A stretch of DNA of 64,000 nucleotides, taken from positions 6,907 to 70,906 of the forward strand of contig JAAWQC010000007.1 of the NCBI GenBank assembly GCA_022800315.1, given 5' to 3'. The translations under genes and the position numbers were made by a program. The stretch comes from Clostridiales bacterium (GTDB lineage: Bacteria > Bacillota > Clostridia > Oscillospirales > Acutalibacteraceae). Under the pieces are notes generated by a model that made no database searches, had not been told where the DNA came from, and saw only the letters and a list, made by a program, of their open reading frames with translations. Positions 63,792 to 64,000 of the stretch are shown here, piece after piece (the first letter of the stretch is position 1; every line of letters starts with the position of its first letter).

Positions 63792-64000
63792 ATGAAAAAG
63801 CGCAAGCCCATGAGTGCGGAAACCCTCTACAAAATCTTTATTTATGTGGCGCTCATCACCTTCGCCGTCACCATCATTGTGCCGGTGGGCTGGGCCTTTC
63901 TGGCCTCGGTGAAGGAAAACTCCGAATTCTACGGCAGTCCGTGGGCGTGGCCCAAGGGCTTCTATTTCCAGAACTTTATCGACGCCTTCCAGAAGGCGAA
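63792..64000 (+). CDS. Carbohydrate ABC transporter permease (MalG/UgpE-type), 5' fragment running off the window
   Basis: ATG 63792: MKKRKPMSAETLYKIFIYVALITFAVTIIVPVGWAFLASVKENSEF... is a typical second-permease N-terminus. Confidence 0.75.
   Translation, partial: MKKRKPMSAETLYKIFIYVALITFAVTIIVPVGWAFLASVKENSEFYGSPWAWPKGFYFQNFIDAFQKA

Overview
High-GC Firmicute (Clostridia-like) chromosomal window, mostly housekeeping operons with a few low-GC accessory islets. Left to right:

- **1-10.3 kb, minus strand:** a surface-polysaccharide locus. It has a PglF/PglE/PglC-like initiating module, a TviB/TviC-like UDP-GlcNAc dehydrogenase and epimerase pair, GT4 and GT2 transferases, an acetyltransferase and a Wzy-like polymerase.
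- **10.3-12.3 kb:** a low-GC islet with two XRE regulators and small ORFs.
- **12.3-21.3 kb:** a complete nine-gene V/A-type ATPase operon.
- **21.4-27.2 kb:** a UPF0210/ACT pair, a PHP phosphatase, an Lrp-aminotransferase pair and ispE.
- **27.4-30.9 kb:** a GntR-ABC operon ending in an unusual 709-aa membrane protein.
- **31.9-37.4 kb:** purB-lysR-purA-guaA.
- **37.4-40.4 kb:** an islet with two RHH genes, an ECF-like sigma factor with a C-terminal extension, and a DUF2461 gene.
- **40.5-41.8 kb:** a second guaA paralogue with a degenerate glutaminase domain.
- **42.0-49.4 kb:** an XRE-controlled SGNH/MBOAT pair, then a 1315-aa sortase-anchored multidomain surface protein behind a terminator-containing leader.
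- **49.5-52.4 kb:** a PadR-DUF1700-DUF4097 triad and maa.
- **52.5-60.0 kb:** pstSCAB-phoU-phoPR with Pho-box-like repeats.
- **60.1-64.0 kb:** an AraC-regulated sugar ABC transporter.

No rRNA, tRNA, CRISPR array, transposase or integrase was seen.

The most interesting signal is at 37.6-38.4 kb. Two diverged RHH genes are each followed by a nearly identical 69-nt block. Read on the minus strand, that block is a sigma70-type promoter followed by a covarying hairpin and a U-tract. This suggests two convergent ~80-nt countertranscript RNAs, a plasmid CopG/ctRNA-like circuit, sitting upstream of the ECF sigma operon.

All calls come from reading the sequence and from family recognition by memory. 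No database search was run.
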